NCBI GenBank assembly: GCA_965207265.1
Contig: OZ242279.1
Location: 4,174,145 to 4,238,144 of the forward strand
From: Vicinamibacterales bacterium
GTDB taxonomy: Bacteria > Acidobacteriota > Vicinamibacteria > Vicinamibacterales > UBA8438
Reading direction: 5' to 3'
Length of the DNA stretch: 64,000 bases
The notes beneath the pieces are model-generated. The model saw only the letters and a list, made by a program, of their open reading frames with translations, searched no databases and was not told the origin of the DNA. How positions within the stretch are numbered: the stretch's first letter is position 1; every line of letters begins with the position of its first letter. Both the position numbers and the translations under genes were made by a program. Positions 38,737 to 49,140 of the stretch are shown one piece after another.

Positions 38737-41277
38737 GTGTCAGCCCCCCTGCTCGACCTGCTGCCGGCCGGTGAAGCGACCAGCGACGAGCTGCTGGACC
38801 GCTTTCTCGACTACGTCGACCGGCTGGGCCTGACCCTCTATCCCGCCCAGGAGGAGGCGATCCTGGCGCTGCTCGACGACCGGCACGTCATCCTGAACAC
38901 GCCGACCGGCTCGGGCAAGTCGCTGGCCGCGTTCGCCCTGCACTTCGCGTCGCTCGCCCGCGGGCGGCGCTCGGTCTACACCTGCCCCATCAAGGCGCTG
39001 GTCAACGAGAAGTGGATGGCGCTGTGCCGCGAGTTCGGTCCCGACAACGTGGGCCTGGCCACCGGCGACGCCACCGTCAACCGCGACGCCCCGCTGCTGT
39101 GCTGCACGGCCGAGATCCTGGCCAACATGGCGCTGCGCGAAGGGGAGCAGGCCCCGGTGGACGACGTCGTGATGGACGAGTTCCATTGGTACGCCGACCG
39201 GGACCGCGGCGTGGCGTGGCAGACGCCGCTGCTGACCCTGCCGCAGACGCGCTTCCTGCTGATGTCGGCGACGCTCGGCGACGTGACGTTCTTCGAGCAG
39301 GAGCTCACGCGGCGCACCGGCCGGGAGACGGTGACCGTCACGTCGAGCGAGCGGCCGGTGCCGCTGGAGTACGCCTACTCCGAGGACCCGCTCGCACACG
39401 CCGTGGAACGGCTGGTGGAGGCGGATCGGGTGCCGGTCTACGTGGTGCATTTCACCCAGAAGGACGCCGCCGCGAGCGCCCAGAGCTTCACCAGCCTGCA
39501 GATCGCGACGCGCCCCGAGAAGCAGGCCCTGGCCAAGGCCATCGGGGACGTGCGCTTCTCGACGCCCTACGGTCCCCGCGTCCGGACCTGGCTGAAGCAC
39601 GGCATCGGGATCCACCACGCGGGCCTGCTGCCGCGCTACCGCGTGCTCGCCGAGCAGCTCGCGCAGAGGGGCCTGCTCAAGGTCATCTGCGGCACCGACA
39701 CCTTGGGGGTCGGCGTCAACGTGCCGATTCGCACGGTGCTCTTCAGCCGCCTCTCGAAGTACGACGGGGAGAAGACGGCGGTGCTCTCGGCCCGCGACTT
39801 CCACCAGATCTCCGGCCGCGCCGGGCGCAAGGGCTTCGACGAGCGCGGCTACGTCGTGGCGCAGGCCCCCGAGCACGTCATCGAGAACCGGCGGCTGGCC
39901 GCCAAGGCGAAGGCGGGGAAGAAGGTGGTCAAGCGGCAGCCGCCGCGCAACTTCGCGCCCTGGGACCGGGCCACGTTCGAACGGCTCGTGCGCGCGCGCC
40001 CCGAGCGCCTCAAGTCGCGCTTCACCGTCTCGCACGGCATGCTGCTCAACGTGCTGTCGCGCCGCGGCGACGGCTGCCTGGCGATGCGGCAGCTCGTGCG
40101 CGACAGCCACGAATCCGAGGCCGCGAAGCGCATGCACCGGCGCCGCGCCTGGCAGCTCTTCCGCTCGCTGGTGGCGCGCGGGGTCGTCGAGATCGTGCCC
40201 CGCACGGCCGACGGCTCGCGGGTGCGGGTCGACGTCGATCTGCAGGACGACTTCTCGATGGACCAGGCGCTGTCGCTCTATCTCATCGAGACCATCCCGT
40301 TGCTCGATCCCGACGCCGAGTCCCACGGGCTCGATCTGCTCACCCTCGTCGAGAGCATCCTGGAGAACCCGGACGCCATCCTGCGCCGGCAGCTCGACAA
40401 GCTGAAGGGCGAGGCGGTGGCCGAGATGAAGGCGGCCGGCATGGACTACGAGGAGCGCATGGAGGAACTCGAGAAGCTCGAGCATCCCAAGCCGCTCGCC
40501 GACTTCGTCTACGAGACCTTCAACGACTTCGCCGACCGCCACCCGTGGGTCGGCGAGGAGAACGTGCGGCCCAAGTCGATTGCGCGGGAGATGTTCGAGA
40601 CCTATCTCTCGTTCTCCGACTACGTCCGCGAGTACGGCCTCGAACGCATGGAGGGGCTGCTGCTGCGGCACCTCTCCGGCGTCTACAAGGCGCTCCGGCA
40701 GACGGTGCCCGACGGCATGAAGACCGACGAGGTCGTGGAGATGGAGCTCTATCTCCGCGACCTGGTGCGCCGGGTGGACTCGAGTCTGCTGGAGGAATGG
40801 GAGCGGATGCGCGATCCCGACTTCCAGTCTGCCGGCGAGCCCGAGCCGGCGGTGCCCGGCCGCGACGAGCCGGTCGACGTGACGCGCGACGCGCGCGCCT
40901 TCACCGCCGCGATCCGCACGCGTGTGTTCGTCCTGCTGCGCGCCTGGTCGATCGGCGACGACGAGGCGGCGCTCGAGGTCCTCGATGTTGAGAGCGACTG
41001 CGACGGGCAGGACTGGACCGCCGAGCGGCTGGCGCGGGCGCGAGAGGCGTTCACGGGGGAGAACGGCGGCCTGCGCCTGGATCCCGAGGGCCGCAACCGG
41101 CGGCACACGTACACCGAGCCGTCCGACGACGGCGCGACGTGGCGGGTCGAGCAGATGCTGGTGGACGTGGAGGGGCACAACGACTGGGTGGCGGAGTTCG
41201 AGGTCGACCTGGCCGCCTCGCGCGCCGCGGCCGAGCCGGTCATCCGCTTGCTGCGCCTGGAGCACCTGACGTCTTAG
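38737..41277 (+). CDS. Ski2-like DEAD/DEAH-box helicase with C-terminal DUF3516-type region
   Basis: It has Walker A 'NTPTGSGKS', 'MDEFH' (motif II), 'MSATL' and 'HHAGLLP'. The long C-terminal extension is as in DUF3516 helicases. It starts 8 nt after the xthA stop. Confidence 0.8.
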   Translation: MSAPLLDLLPAGEATSDELLDRFLDYVDRLGLTLYPAQEEAILALLDDRHVILNTPTGSGKSLAAFALHFASLARGRRSVYTCPIKALVNEKWMALCREFGPDNVGLATGDATVNRDAPLLCCTAEILANMALREGEQAPVDDVVMDEFHWYADRDRGVAWQTPLLTLPQTRFLLMSATLGDVTFFEQELTRRTGRETVTVTSSERPVPLEYAYSEDPLAHAVERLVEADRVPVYVVHFTQKDAAASAQSFTSLQIATRPEKQALAKAIGDVRFSTPYGPRVRTWLKHGIGIHHAGLLPRYRVLAEQLAQRGLLKVICGTDTLGVGVNVPIRTVLFSRLSKYDGEKTAVLSARDFHQISGRAGRKGFDERGYVVAQAPEHVIENRRLAAKAKAGKKVVKRQPPRNFAPWDRATFERLVRARPERLKSRFTVSHGMLLNVLSRRGDGCLAMRQLVRDSHESEAAKRMHRRRAWQLFRSLVARGVVEIVPRTADGSRVRVDVDLQDDFSMDQALSLYLIETIPLLDPDAESHGLDLLTLVESILENPDAILRRQLDKLKGEAVAEMKAAGMDYEERMEELEKLEHPKPLADFVYETFNDFADRHPWVGEENVRPKSIAREMFETYLSFSDYVREYGLERMEGLLLRHLSGVYKALRQTVPDGMKTDEVVEMELYLRDLVRRVDSSLLEEWERMRDPDFQSAGEPEPAVPGRDEPVDVTRDARAFTAAIRTRVFVLLRAWSIGDDEAALEVLDVESDCDGQDWTAERLARAREAFTGENGGLRLDPEGRNRRHTYTEPSDDGATWRVEQMLVDVEGHNDWVAEFEVDLAASRAAAEPVIRLLRLEHLTS

Positions 41278-41375
41278 CCGGGCGGTGAAGTAGTCTGGTC
41301 GCGTATTCCGCCGCCGGGAGATGCTGGTGCCGCGGCCGCTCCGAGTCGTGCAGGCTGGGAGAAGGAGAGAGCGTC

Positions 41376-42437
41376 ATGCGTGGATTGCGTCGCGGAGTCG
41401 TGATTGTGCTGGCGGCGGCCGGAATCGTTGCCTGGCCGGGCGCGTTGCAGGCACAGGAAGGGCCGGAAGCCGGGCGTGGCTACCCGGCCGGGGAGTGGCC
41501 GTTGGTTGGGGGTGACTGGTCGAGCTCGCGTTACTCGAGCCTGGACGACATCACTCTCGATACGGTCGACCGGCTCGGCGGGGCCTGGGCGACGCCGCTG
41601 CCCGGCGGCGCGGCCTCGCGGGCGACGCCGGTCATGCGAGACGGCATCCTGTATCTGACCGCCGGGGCCAACGTATTCGCGATCGATGCCCGGACCGGCG
41701 AGACGCTTTGGCGCTGGCAGCCGCCGCCCGACGAGCCGCTGATGGTTCCGTCCTGGCAGGGCGTCGGGCTGGGGGATGGACTGGTCTTCGTCGGTCTGCG
41801 GAGCGCCCACGTGATTCCCAGCCCGCTGCTCGGCACGAGCGGTCCGCTGACGACAGCCGGAGGCCTGATGTTCCGCGGATCGCCGGGCGGCCAGGTCGAG
41901 GCCTACGACGCCCGGACCGGCGAGCGCGTGTGGGCGTTCCAGACCACCCCGGCAGGGGCGCGGGTGCGGCCGGGCCCCGCCGCCGCCTACGAGCTGAACG
42001 ATGAGCAGTTCATCGCGATTCCGATGGGCCGCGAGCTGTGGGCGTTTGCGCTCGACGGGGCTGTCGCCGCGCGGGGCGAGGTGCCGGCGGATCCGTGGGC
42101 CGACCTCGAGCCGTCCGGCCCCGCGCCGCGCGCCACCGACGCCATCGAGACCGCGACCCTAATGGAGAATCCCTCCTGGTCGGTGGGCGGCCGGCGCTAC
42201 GCCATCGACGAGCACGCCTTCAATCCGGTGCGCGCCCGGGTCACGGCCGGCGCGCGCGTCCGGTTCGTCAACAACGGCGAGCTGGCACACACCGTGGCCG
42301 CGCGCGACGGGAGCTGGACCACCGGCGCGCTCCAGCCGGCAACATGGGAGGTCGTGGCCTTCGACGAGCCCGGCACGTTCCGGTACCACTGCACGGAGCA
42401 TCCATGGGCGGTAGGCGAGATCACGGTCGAGCCCTGA
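41376..42437 (+). CDS. Internally deleted paralog of the PQQ-propeller/cupredoxin fusion proteins (intact ORF, possibly degenerate)
   Basis: It has a signal peptide. Residues 1 to about 145 align with the N-terminus of the 687-aa paralogs at 53554 and 55703. Residues about 150-353 align with their last 205 residues. About 334 central residues are missing, and the junction is near nt 41800-41835. Confidence 0.65.
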   Translation: MRGLRRGVVIVLAAAGIVAWPGALQAQEGPEAGRGYPAGEWPLVGGDWSSSRYSSLDDITLDTVDRLGGAWATPLPGGAASRATPVMRDGILYLTAGANVFAIDARTGETLWRWQPPPDEPLMVPSWQGVGLGDGLVFVGLRSAHVIPSPLLGTSGPLTTAGGLMFRGSPGGQVEAYDARTGERVWAFQTTPAGARVRPGPAAAYELNDEQFIAIPMGRELWAFALDGAVAARGEVPADPWADLEPSGPAPRATDAIETATLMENPSWSVGGRRYAIDEHAFNPVRARVTAGARVRFVNNGELAHTVAARDGSWTTGALQPATWEVVAFDEPGTFRYHCTEHPWAVGEITVEP

Positions 42438-42480
42438 GGCGGAGCAGGGGCGACAATCGAACCGCCAACATCAGCGTACC

Positions 42481-44034
42481 GTGGCCATGACCAGACGCAG
42501 GCTGCCTGTCGGCATGCAGACCTTCCGCGAGGTTCGGAAAGCAGAGTGCTACTACGTCGACAAGACCGCCTATCTCCGGCGGTTGGTCGGTGAAGGGAAG
42601 CACTATTTTCTGTCGCGCCCGCGGCGCTTCGGCAAGAGCCTGCTCCTGGACACGATCAAGGAGCTGTTCGAGGGCAACCAGTCGCTGTTCGAGGGGCTCG
42701 AGATTCATGACAACTGGGACTGGTCCGCGCGCCATCCCGTCCTGCGGCTCGACTTCGGCGCCGGGAGCTATCAGGAATCGGGCGGGCTTCACGAGGACGT
42801 GACGGCGCAGTTGGACGATGCCGCGGAGACGGCGGGTGTCGAGTCGCGCTACGACACTGCGCCGGTCCGCTTTCGTCATCTGATCCGCGCGCTGCAGAGG
42901 CAGGCCGGGCACCCTGTAGTGGTGCTGATCGACGAGTACGACAAGCCGATCCTGGACGCGCTCGAGACACCGGAGATGGCCCGGGCCAATCGCGACTATC
43001 TGCGGGGCCTGTATGCCGCAATCAAGTCGAGCGACGCGCACGTCCGGTTTACTTTCCTGACGGGCGTCAGCAAGTTCTCCAAGGTGAGTCTCTTCTCCGG
43101 TCTCAACAACCTCAAGGACATCACCCTGGACCCTCGTTACTCGGGCATCTGCGGCTACACCGACGCCGACCTCGACACCGTGTTCGCGCCGGAGCTGCCG
43201 GGGCTGGACCGCGACCGCATCCGCGAGTGGTACAACGGCTACGGCTGGCTCGGCGAGGAGCGGGTCTACAACCCGTACGACATTCTGCCGCTGTTCGACA
43301 CCCGCAGGTTCGACGCGTGGTGGTTCGAGACCGGCACGCCGACGTTCCTGGTCGAGACGCTGTGCAAGCGCCACGTCAGCTCTCCGACGCTGGGCGAGCT
43401 GACGGCGAGCAGCGACCTGCTGTCGACTTTCGACCTGGACGCCATCGCGACCGAGGCGCTGCTGTTCCAGACCGGCTATCTGACCATCCGGGACGTGGAG
43501 AACCTGGGCGGCGAGTTTCTGTATCGACTCGGCTATCCCAACCGGGAAGTGCGGGTCAGCCTGAACCGGAGCCTGCTGCGTCACCTGGTGCAGGACGCGT
43601 CGCGGCAGACGGCCAACGGCGTCCGTCTGTACCGGCTCCTGGAGGCGAACGACTTCGCGGGGCTCGAGGCGCTCTTCCAGGCGTTCTTCGCGAGCATTCC
43701 CTACGAGTGGTACACCAACAACGACATTGCCAGCTACGAGGGCTACTACGCCAGCGTGTTCTATTCGTACTTCGCGGCCCTGGGGCTGGACGTCACGGTC
43801 GAGGACAGCAGCAGCCACGGTCGGCTGGACATGGCGGTGCGCTTCAACGACGCCGTCGACCTGTTCGAGTTCAAGGTGGTCGAGATGGTCCCGGAGGGTG
43901 CGGCGATGGCGCAGTTGAAGGAGAAGCGCTACGCGGACAAGTACCGCGCCCTGGGCCGGCCGATTCACCTCGTGGCCGTCGAGTTCAGCAGGGACGCGCG
44001 GAATGTGACCGCGTTCGAGGTGGAGCGCGCGTGA
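42481..44034 (+). CDS. AAA-ATPase-like (PF09820-type) protein with C-terminal PD-(D/E)XK nuclease-like domain (PDDEXK_9-type)
   Basis: It has 'LPVGMQTFREVRKAECYYVDKTAYL...YFLSRPRRFGKSLLLDT' (the family hallmark) and the C-terminal 'GRLDMAV....DLFEFKV' (a D...ExK motif). Confidence 0.75.
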   Translation: MAMTRRRLPVGMQTFREVRKAECYYVDKTAYLRRLVGEGKHYFLSRPRRFGKSLLLDTIKELFEGNQSLFEGLEIHDNWDWSARHPVLRLDFGAGSYQESGGLHEDVTAQLDDAAETAGVESRYDTAPVRFRHLIRALQRQAGHPVVVLIDEYDKPILDALETPEMARANRDYLRGLYAAIKSSDAHVRFTFLTGVSKFSKVSLFSGLNNLKDITLDPRYSGICGYTDADLDTVFAPELPGLDRDRIREWYNGYGWLGEERVYNPYDILPLFDTRRFDAWWFETGTPTFLVETLCKRHVSSPTLGELTASSDLLSTFDLDAIATEALLFQTGYLTIRDVENLGGEFLYRLGYPNREVRVSLNRSLLRHLVQDASRQTANGVRLYRLLEANDFAGLEALFQAFFASIPYEWYTNNDIASYEGYYASVFYSYFAALGLDVTVEDSSSHGRLDMAVRFNDAVDLFEFKVVEMVPEGAAMAQLKEKRYADKYRALGRPIHLVAVEFSRDARNVTAFEVERA

Positions 44035-44079
44035 GATTGCGGATCGACCACCGCCCCCTGGGACACCGCTGCCCCCGAC

Positions 44080-46440
44080 TCAGTCGCCCCCGAGGGCGAT
44101 GACCGGATCCAGACGCGCGGCCCGTCGTGCCGGCACCAGCGTGGCGGGGACTGCGCCTGCCAGCACCAGGAGCGCGGCTCCGGCGAAGGTCAGCGGATCG
44201 TAGGGGCTCACGCCGTAGAGCAGACCGGCGAGACCGCGACCCACCACTGCGGCCGACGCCAGGCCGGCAAGGAGGCCCACGGTCGTCATGACGACACCCC
44301 CGACCGCGACCAGCCGGACGAGTCGCGCCGGGGAGGCGCCGACGGCGGCGCGGATGGACAGTTCGTGCCGGCGCTCGGCCACGGCGCGCCCGAGGGCGCC
44401 GAACAGCCCGACCATCGACACGGCCAGCGCCAGCGCCGCCACCGCCGCCGCGGGCACCAGTTGGAGACGGCGGCCGGCGATCGAGTCGGCGACGTGATCC
44501 TCCAGCGTACGCACCTCGGGAAGCGGCAGCGTCGGATCGAGCCGGGCGATGAGCGTCCGCAGAGCCGGGATGAGCGCCGAGGGGCTGCCGCTGCTGCGGA
44601 CCACGAGGTATGACATCCCCATCGGGCGCTGCGGCCACGGCACGTAGATCGAGGCGTCTCGATCGGCGGCGAGCCCGCGATACTTCATGTCGCCGACCAC
44701 GCCGAGCACGGCGGTGTCGCGGGTCAGCGCCATCCGTTCCACGGCCCACCCCATCGATTTGCCGATCGCGCTGTCGTCCCGGAAGATGAACCGCGCTGCA
44801 GAGACGCTCAGGATCACGTTCGGTATCACCGCCCGTTCGTCCTCGATCCGGAAGCGACGGCCGTCCTCCAGCGACGTTCCGAGCGCTTCGAAGAACCCGG
44901 ACGTGACGGCGCCCCAGGAGAGAACCATCCGATCGTCGCGCGTGTCGCTGCGCATCCAGAGATTGATCGAGATCGGAGCGTCAGCGGGCGGTAGCATGCT
45001 GCCGACCCCCGCCGCGGTCACCGTGGGCAGTGCCCGCACTTCGTCCAGGAGCCGATTCACGAAGTCCGCTAGCGCGCGGTCATCCGGAAATGGAGTGTCG
45101 TCCAGCATCAGTCGGGCAGTGACGACCCGGCCGGCGTCGTACCCGCCATCATCGGCCAAGAGCGCACCGACGCTGCGCGTCAGCAGTCCGGCGGCGGCGA
45201 GAAGCACGACAGCCAGCGCGATCTGTCCCGCCACCAGGCTCGCCCGCAGACGCCGAGCCGCGGGAGAGACGGCCCGGCCGGCGCCGGCGATCAACTCGCT
45301 GCCCCGGCTGCGGAGCGCCCCCGCCACGGATGCGCCGCCGCAGGCCAGCGCGACGAGCATCGTCACCATCGAGGCAGCCGCCAGGGGCGGCAGGTCGAGG
45401 CCCATCTCCGGCACGCGGGGAAGCACGGTCGCCGCCCGAGCCTTGAACAGCTCGATTCCCACCGCGGCCAGGGCCAGACCGATCGTCAGCCCCGCCGCGG
45501 CCAGGACCAGACCCTCGACCACGGCCATGCGCAGGACCTGCATCGTCCCGGCGCCGAGCGCCCTTCTGAGCGCGAACTCCCGCCGACGGGCGACCGAGCG
45601 ACCAATCAGCATCGTGATCGCGCTCAGGCAGGCGACGACCAGGACGAGCCCCGCCGCAGCCTGCGCCACCAGCAGCGCCGGCCGGCGATCACCCCTCAAT
45701 ACGTCATCGAGACGGCTCGTCACCGCGCTCCAGTCGTCGCCGCGCAACTCCCGGCTGATGCGTTCCGCTTCCTGCCTGAGCTGCACCAGCGTCGCGCCGG
45801 AACGGAGACGAGCGATGAGATCGAACCGCCCCTCGGACGGGTCCCGTCCCGGCGGCGAAGCGGTCCAGACGTCGACGGTGCCGGACGGCAACCCGAAATC
45901 GTCCGACATCACCGCCACGACCTCCAGCAGCTCGTCCCCGACCGAGAGCATTTGCCCGACCACGTCGCGTCCGCCGGCGAGCTCTCCCGCCAGCCGCCCG
46001 CTGATCACCGCGCCGCCATCCCCCGGCGTCGGGCGCGGCAAGCGACCTCGGGCCGCACCGACCCCGAGCACGTCGAAGAAGTTCTCGCTGACCAGAGCCG
46101 TCGCGGTGATCCGGGCCGGACCGTTCCCACGGACGCGGCGCTCGCGCTGCTGGACCCCGGCCAGATCGGCGCTGCGGAGTCGATCCGACCAGTCGCGGTA
46201 CCGGGCAGGTCGGACGCCGCCGCTCCGGTCGCCGCCGTGGGTCAGCTCGATCGTGGCGAGACGGTCGGGCGCGGGGTACGGCAGGGGTCGCCACAGCACC
46301 GTGTAGGCAACGGCAAAGACCGCGGCGTTGAGCCCGACGCCGAGAGCCAGCGTCCCCACGATGGTCGTGGTCAGCCCAGGTTGCCGACCGAGGGACCGCA
46401 GTGCCCCCCGGAGGTGCTGAAGAGCATCCATCTCGATCAT
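44080..46440 (-). CDS. Duplicated FtsX/MacB-type ABC permease without adjacent ATPase (ADOP-like orphan permease)
   Basis: The start is taken at Met53 of track ORF 44080..46596 (MIEMDALQHLRGALRSLGRQPGLTTTIVGTLALGVG...). It has two MacB-PCD/FtsX halves and ends '...RAARLDPVIALGGD'. Confidence 0.75.
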   Translation of the reverse strand: MIEMDALQHLRGALRSLGRQPGLTTTIVGTLALGVGLNAAVFAVAYTVLWRPLPYPAPDRLATIELTHGGDRSGGVRPARYRDWSDRLRSADLAGVQQRERRVRGNGPARITATALVSENFFDVLGVGAARGRLPRPTPGDGGAVISGRLAGELAGGRDVVGQMLSVGDELLEVVAVMSDDFGLPSGTVDVWTASPPGRDPSEGRFDLIARLRSGATLVQLRQEAERISRELRGDDWSAVTSRLDDVLRGDRRPALLVAQAAAGLVLVVACLSAITMLIGRSVARRREFALRRALGAGTMQVLRMAVVEGLVLAAAGLTIGLALAAVGIELFKARAATVLPRVPEMGLDLPPLAAASMVTMLVALACGGASVAGALRSRGSELIAGAGRAVSPAARRLRASLVAGQIALAVVLLAAAGLLTRSVGALLADDGGYDAGRVVTARLMLDDTPFPDDRALADFVNRLLDEVRALPTVTAAGVGSMLPPADAPISINLWMRSDTRDDRMVLSWGAVTSGFFEALGTSLEDGRRFRIEDERAVIPNVILSVSAARFIFRDDSAIGKSMGWAVERMALTRDTAVLGVVGDMKYRGLAADRDASIYVPWPQRPMGMSYLVVRSSGSPSALIPALRTLIARLDPTLPLPEVRTLEDHVADSIAGRRLQLVPAAAVAALALAVSMVGLFGALGRAVAERRHELSIRAAVGASPARLVRLVAVGGVVMTTVGLLAGLASAAVVGRGLAGLLYGVSPYDPLTFAGAALLVLAGAVPATLVPARRAARLDPVIALGGD

Positions 46441-46537
46441 TCGACACCGTTGACGGCGGAACGGCTCGACGCCGGGTATCGCTCGGGCCGAGCACATGGC
46501 CGGTTTCGTCCCGCGACGACGGGAGCGATGTGATTGA

Positions 46538-48721
46538 ATGGAGCCCATCATGCCTGGACTCTTCAGATCGCAGACGTTCATCCCTTGCGTCGCCATGGCT
46601 GCCTTGCTGCTGACCGCCGCCGCCGCACCGGCGCAACGGCTGACCGGAACCGAGAACGGCGAGTGGCGTTACCTCGGCGGCGACGCCGGCCACACCCGCT
46701 CGTCGGCCCTGGACCAGATCGACGGCGACAACTTCTCCGACCTGGAGGTGGCCTGGATCTGGCGGGGCGACAACTTCGGGCCCAACATCGACTACTTCAA
46801 CCGCTCGACGCCGATCTACGTGGACGGCGTCGTCTATACGGTGTCCTCGCCGCGGCGGCAGGTGGTGGCGATCGATCCCGCCACCGGCGAGACGCTCTGG
46901 ACCTTTCGCGAGCCCGAGAGCGTCCGGCACCTGCGCTCGCCACGCCAGGCCTACGGCAAGGGGGTGGCCTACGCCGAGGTGAACGGCCGCGGGGTGATCT
47001 TCGTTACCAGTCCCGCCTTCTTCCTCTGGGCGCTCGACGCCGAGACCGGCCGTCCCCTGGAGAACTGGGGCCGCCCGATCCCGCTCGACGGCTTTCCGCA
47101 GTCCGGCGGCCTCGACCTGATCCCGCCGCTCGTCGAGGACTGGGGACGCTGGCTCGACCGCGCCGCCAGCTACGACCCGGGCTACGGCATTCCGCGGGAG
47201 CTGGGCATGGTCACCGCCTCGGCGCCGCCCATCGTGGTGAACGGGGTGGTCGTCGTGCTCGTCGGGCACCAGCCCAGCTACGGGCAGACCCGCATCGAGA
47301 ACGTCCCCGGCGACGTCATGGGCTTCGACGCCGCGACCGGCGAGTTCCTCTGGAAGTTCCACATGATCCCCCGCCCCGGCGAGTTCGGGCACGAGACGTG
47401 GCACAACGAAGCCTGGCAGTGGTCGGGCGACATGTCGACGTGGGCGCCGGCCTCCGCCGACCCGGAACTGGGGCTCGTCTACCTCGTCACGAACGCCTCG
47501 ACCGTGCAGAGCTACGCCGGCCACCGGCCGGGCGACAACCTGTTCGGCGGCTGCGTCCTCGCGCTCGACGTCAGGACGGGAGAGCGGCGCTGGCACTTCC
47601 AGATCCACCGTAGCGACCAGTGGAACTACGACCTGCCGACCGCACCGATCCTGATGGACCTGACGGTGGACGGCGAGCGCATCCCGGCGCTGATCCAGAA
47701 CACCAAGCAGGGGCTCGTATTCGCCTTCAACCGCGAGACCGGCGAGCCGATCTGGCCGATCGAGGAGCGGGAGGTCATCCAGACCGAGGTGCCCGGCAAC
47801 TACACCTCGCCCCGCCAGGCTTATCCGACCCGGCCCGAGCCGGTCGACCCCATCGTGCTGACGGGGCTGACCGAGGAGTTCGTCATCGACTACACCCCGG
47901 AATTGAAGCAGGAGGCGCTGGCGATCCTGGAGCACTACCGGGTCGGGGGGCTCTACGTCCCGGCGCTGCCCGAGAACCATCACAACGATTTCTACAACAA
48001 CGTCGGCTGCCTCGGCGGCGGCAACATCATTCCCCACCCGCCGGTCGCCGACCCGAGCACCGGGATGATGTTCAACTCGCACCGCCGGAGCTGCAACGCC
48101 CCGTCGTTCATGCGAGCCACCGGCGGTGTCGACACGGACAACCCCGACTACGCGCGGCCCGGCCCCGGGGGCGCCACGCCCAATTCGACGCCCACCACCG
48201 GCACGACCGTCGCCGCGTGGCTTCCGGGCGGGTTCCGCCGCCCCACCCCCGAGCAGGAGCCGTTCGTTTCGGTGAGCGGCCTGCCGAGAATCGACGGCCT
48301 GCGGCTCTACAAGCCGCTGGACAACCAGCTCACCGCGTACCGGATGAACACCGGGGAGAAGGCGTGGTCGCTGCCGGTCGGCGAGACGGCGCAGGTGATC
48401 CGCGAGCATCCGCGGCTGGCCGGTGTGGACATCCCGAACGCGGGAGGCGCCGGCTTCTCGATCCAGTTGGTGACCGGCGACCTGCTGGTGCAGACCCGCG
48501 CGCTCAGCGAGGGGACGCGGCAGATCGTGCCGGACGCGCCGCTGCTGCTGCACGGCCGCGACAAGTACACCGGCGAGATCCTCGGCAGCGTCGAGCTCCC
48601 TGCGCCCGGGCAGTACGGCATGATGACCTACCTGCACGAGGGGAAGCAGTACATCGTGGTGCAGATCGGGAGCATTCAGACCGGCTTTCCCGGTTCGCTC
48701 GTGGCCTACGCGCTGCCGTAG
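46538..48721 (+). CDS. Exported PQQ-dependent dehydrogenase-like eight-bladed propeller protein
   Basis: It has a signal peptide, 'GEWRYLGGDAGHTRSSALDQIDGDNFSDLEVAW', 'ALDAETGRP', 'IPRPGEFGHETW' and 'DNLFGGCVLALDVRTGERRWHFQIHRSDQWNYD'. These are quinoprotein dehydrogenase motifs. Confidence 0.75.
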   Translation: MEPIMPGLFRSQTFIPCVAMAALLLTAAAAPAQRLTGTENGEWRYLGGDAGHTRSSALDQIDGDNFSDLEVAWIWRGDNFGPNIDYFNRSTPIYVDGVVYTVSSPRRQVVAIDPATGETLWTFREPESVRHLRSPRQAYGKGVAYAEVNGRGVIFVTSPAFFLWALDAETGRPLENWGRPIPLDGFPQSGGLDLIPPLVEDWGRWLDRAASYDPGYGIPRELGMVTASAPPIVVNGVVVVLVGHQPSYGQTRIENVPGDVMGFDAATGEFLWKFHMIPRPGEFGHETWHNEAWQWSGDMSTWAPASADPELGLVYLVTNASTVQSYAGHRPGDNLFGGCVLALDVRTGERRWHFQIHRSDQWNYDLPTAPILMDLTVDGERIPALIQNTKQGLVFAFNRETGEPIWPIEEREVIQTEVPGNYTSPRQAYPTRPEPVDPIVLTGLTEEFVIDYTPELKQEALAILEHYRVGGLYVPALPENHHNDFYNNVGCLGGGNIIPHPPVADPSTGMMFNSHRRSCNAPSFMRATGGVDTDNPDYARPGPGGATPNSTPTTGTTVAAWLPGGFRRPTPEQEPFVSVSGLPRIDGLRLYKPLDNQLTAYRMNTGEKAWSLPVGETAQVIREHPRLAGVDIPNAGGAGFSIQLVTGDLLVQTRALSEGTRQIVPDAPLLLHGRDKYTGEILGSVELPAPGQYGMMTYLHEGKQYIVVQIGSIQTGFPGSLVAYALP

Positions 48722-48726
48722 GCGCG

Positions 48727-49140
48727 TTACTCGCGCAAGCCGGAAACGACGAACGCGCCGGGAATACGTTCGTCGAGTGTGGCGAGTCGGGCTCCGTGTG
48801 TCTTCGCCAAGTCCAACAGGTGGGCGTCGGTGGTGCTTGACGCCTGACGACACCACTCCGGGAACCGGATGGCCGACTGGTCGTCGGGCAGGAAGGCATG
48901 GTGCGCGCCGAGACCGCGCAGCATGCCTGCCAGCACGTCGCCCGCCGCCTCGACCGTCACGCGTCCGGCCGTCCGTTGAACCGACACGCGGACGAACCCA
49001 AGCTCCGGGATCGGCGATGTGAGCAACCTGGAGGTCCTCTGTTTGGTCGTAGCGGCGATCCACCTGGCGGTTTGCTCGTGGGCCACATGATCGGACCACC
49101 CCCATGCGACGAGGATGTTGACGTCCAGGAGGTACCTCAT
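48727..49140 (-). CDS. vapC: PIN-domain toxin
   Basis: It has 'MRYLLDVNILVAW' (N-terminal Asp) and the C-terminal 'TTDAHLLDLAKTHGARLATLDERI'. There is a 4-nt ATGA overlap with the upstream antitoxin gene. Confidence 0.8.
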   Translation of the reverse strand: MRYLLDVNILVAWGWSDHVAHEQTARWIAATTKQRTSRLLTSPIPELGFVRVSVQRTAGRVTVEAAGDVLAGMLRGLGAHHAFLPDDQSAIRFPEWCRQASSTTDAHLLDLAKTHGARLATLDERIPGAFVVSGLRE

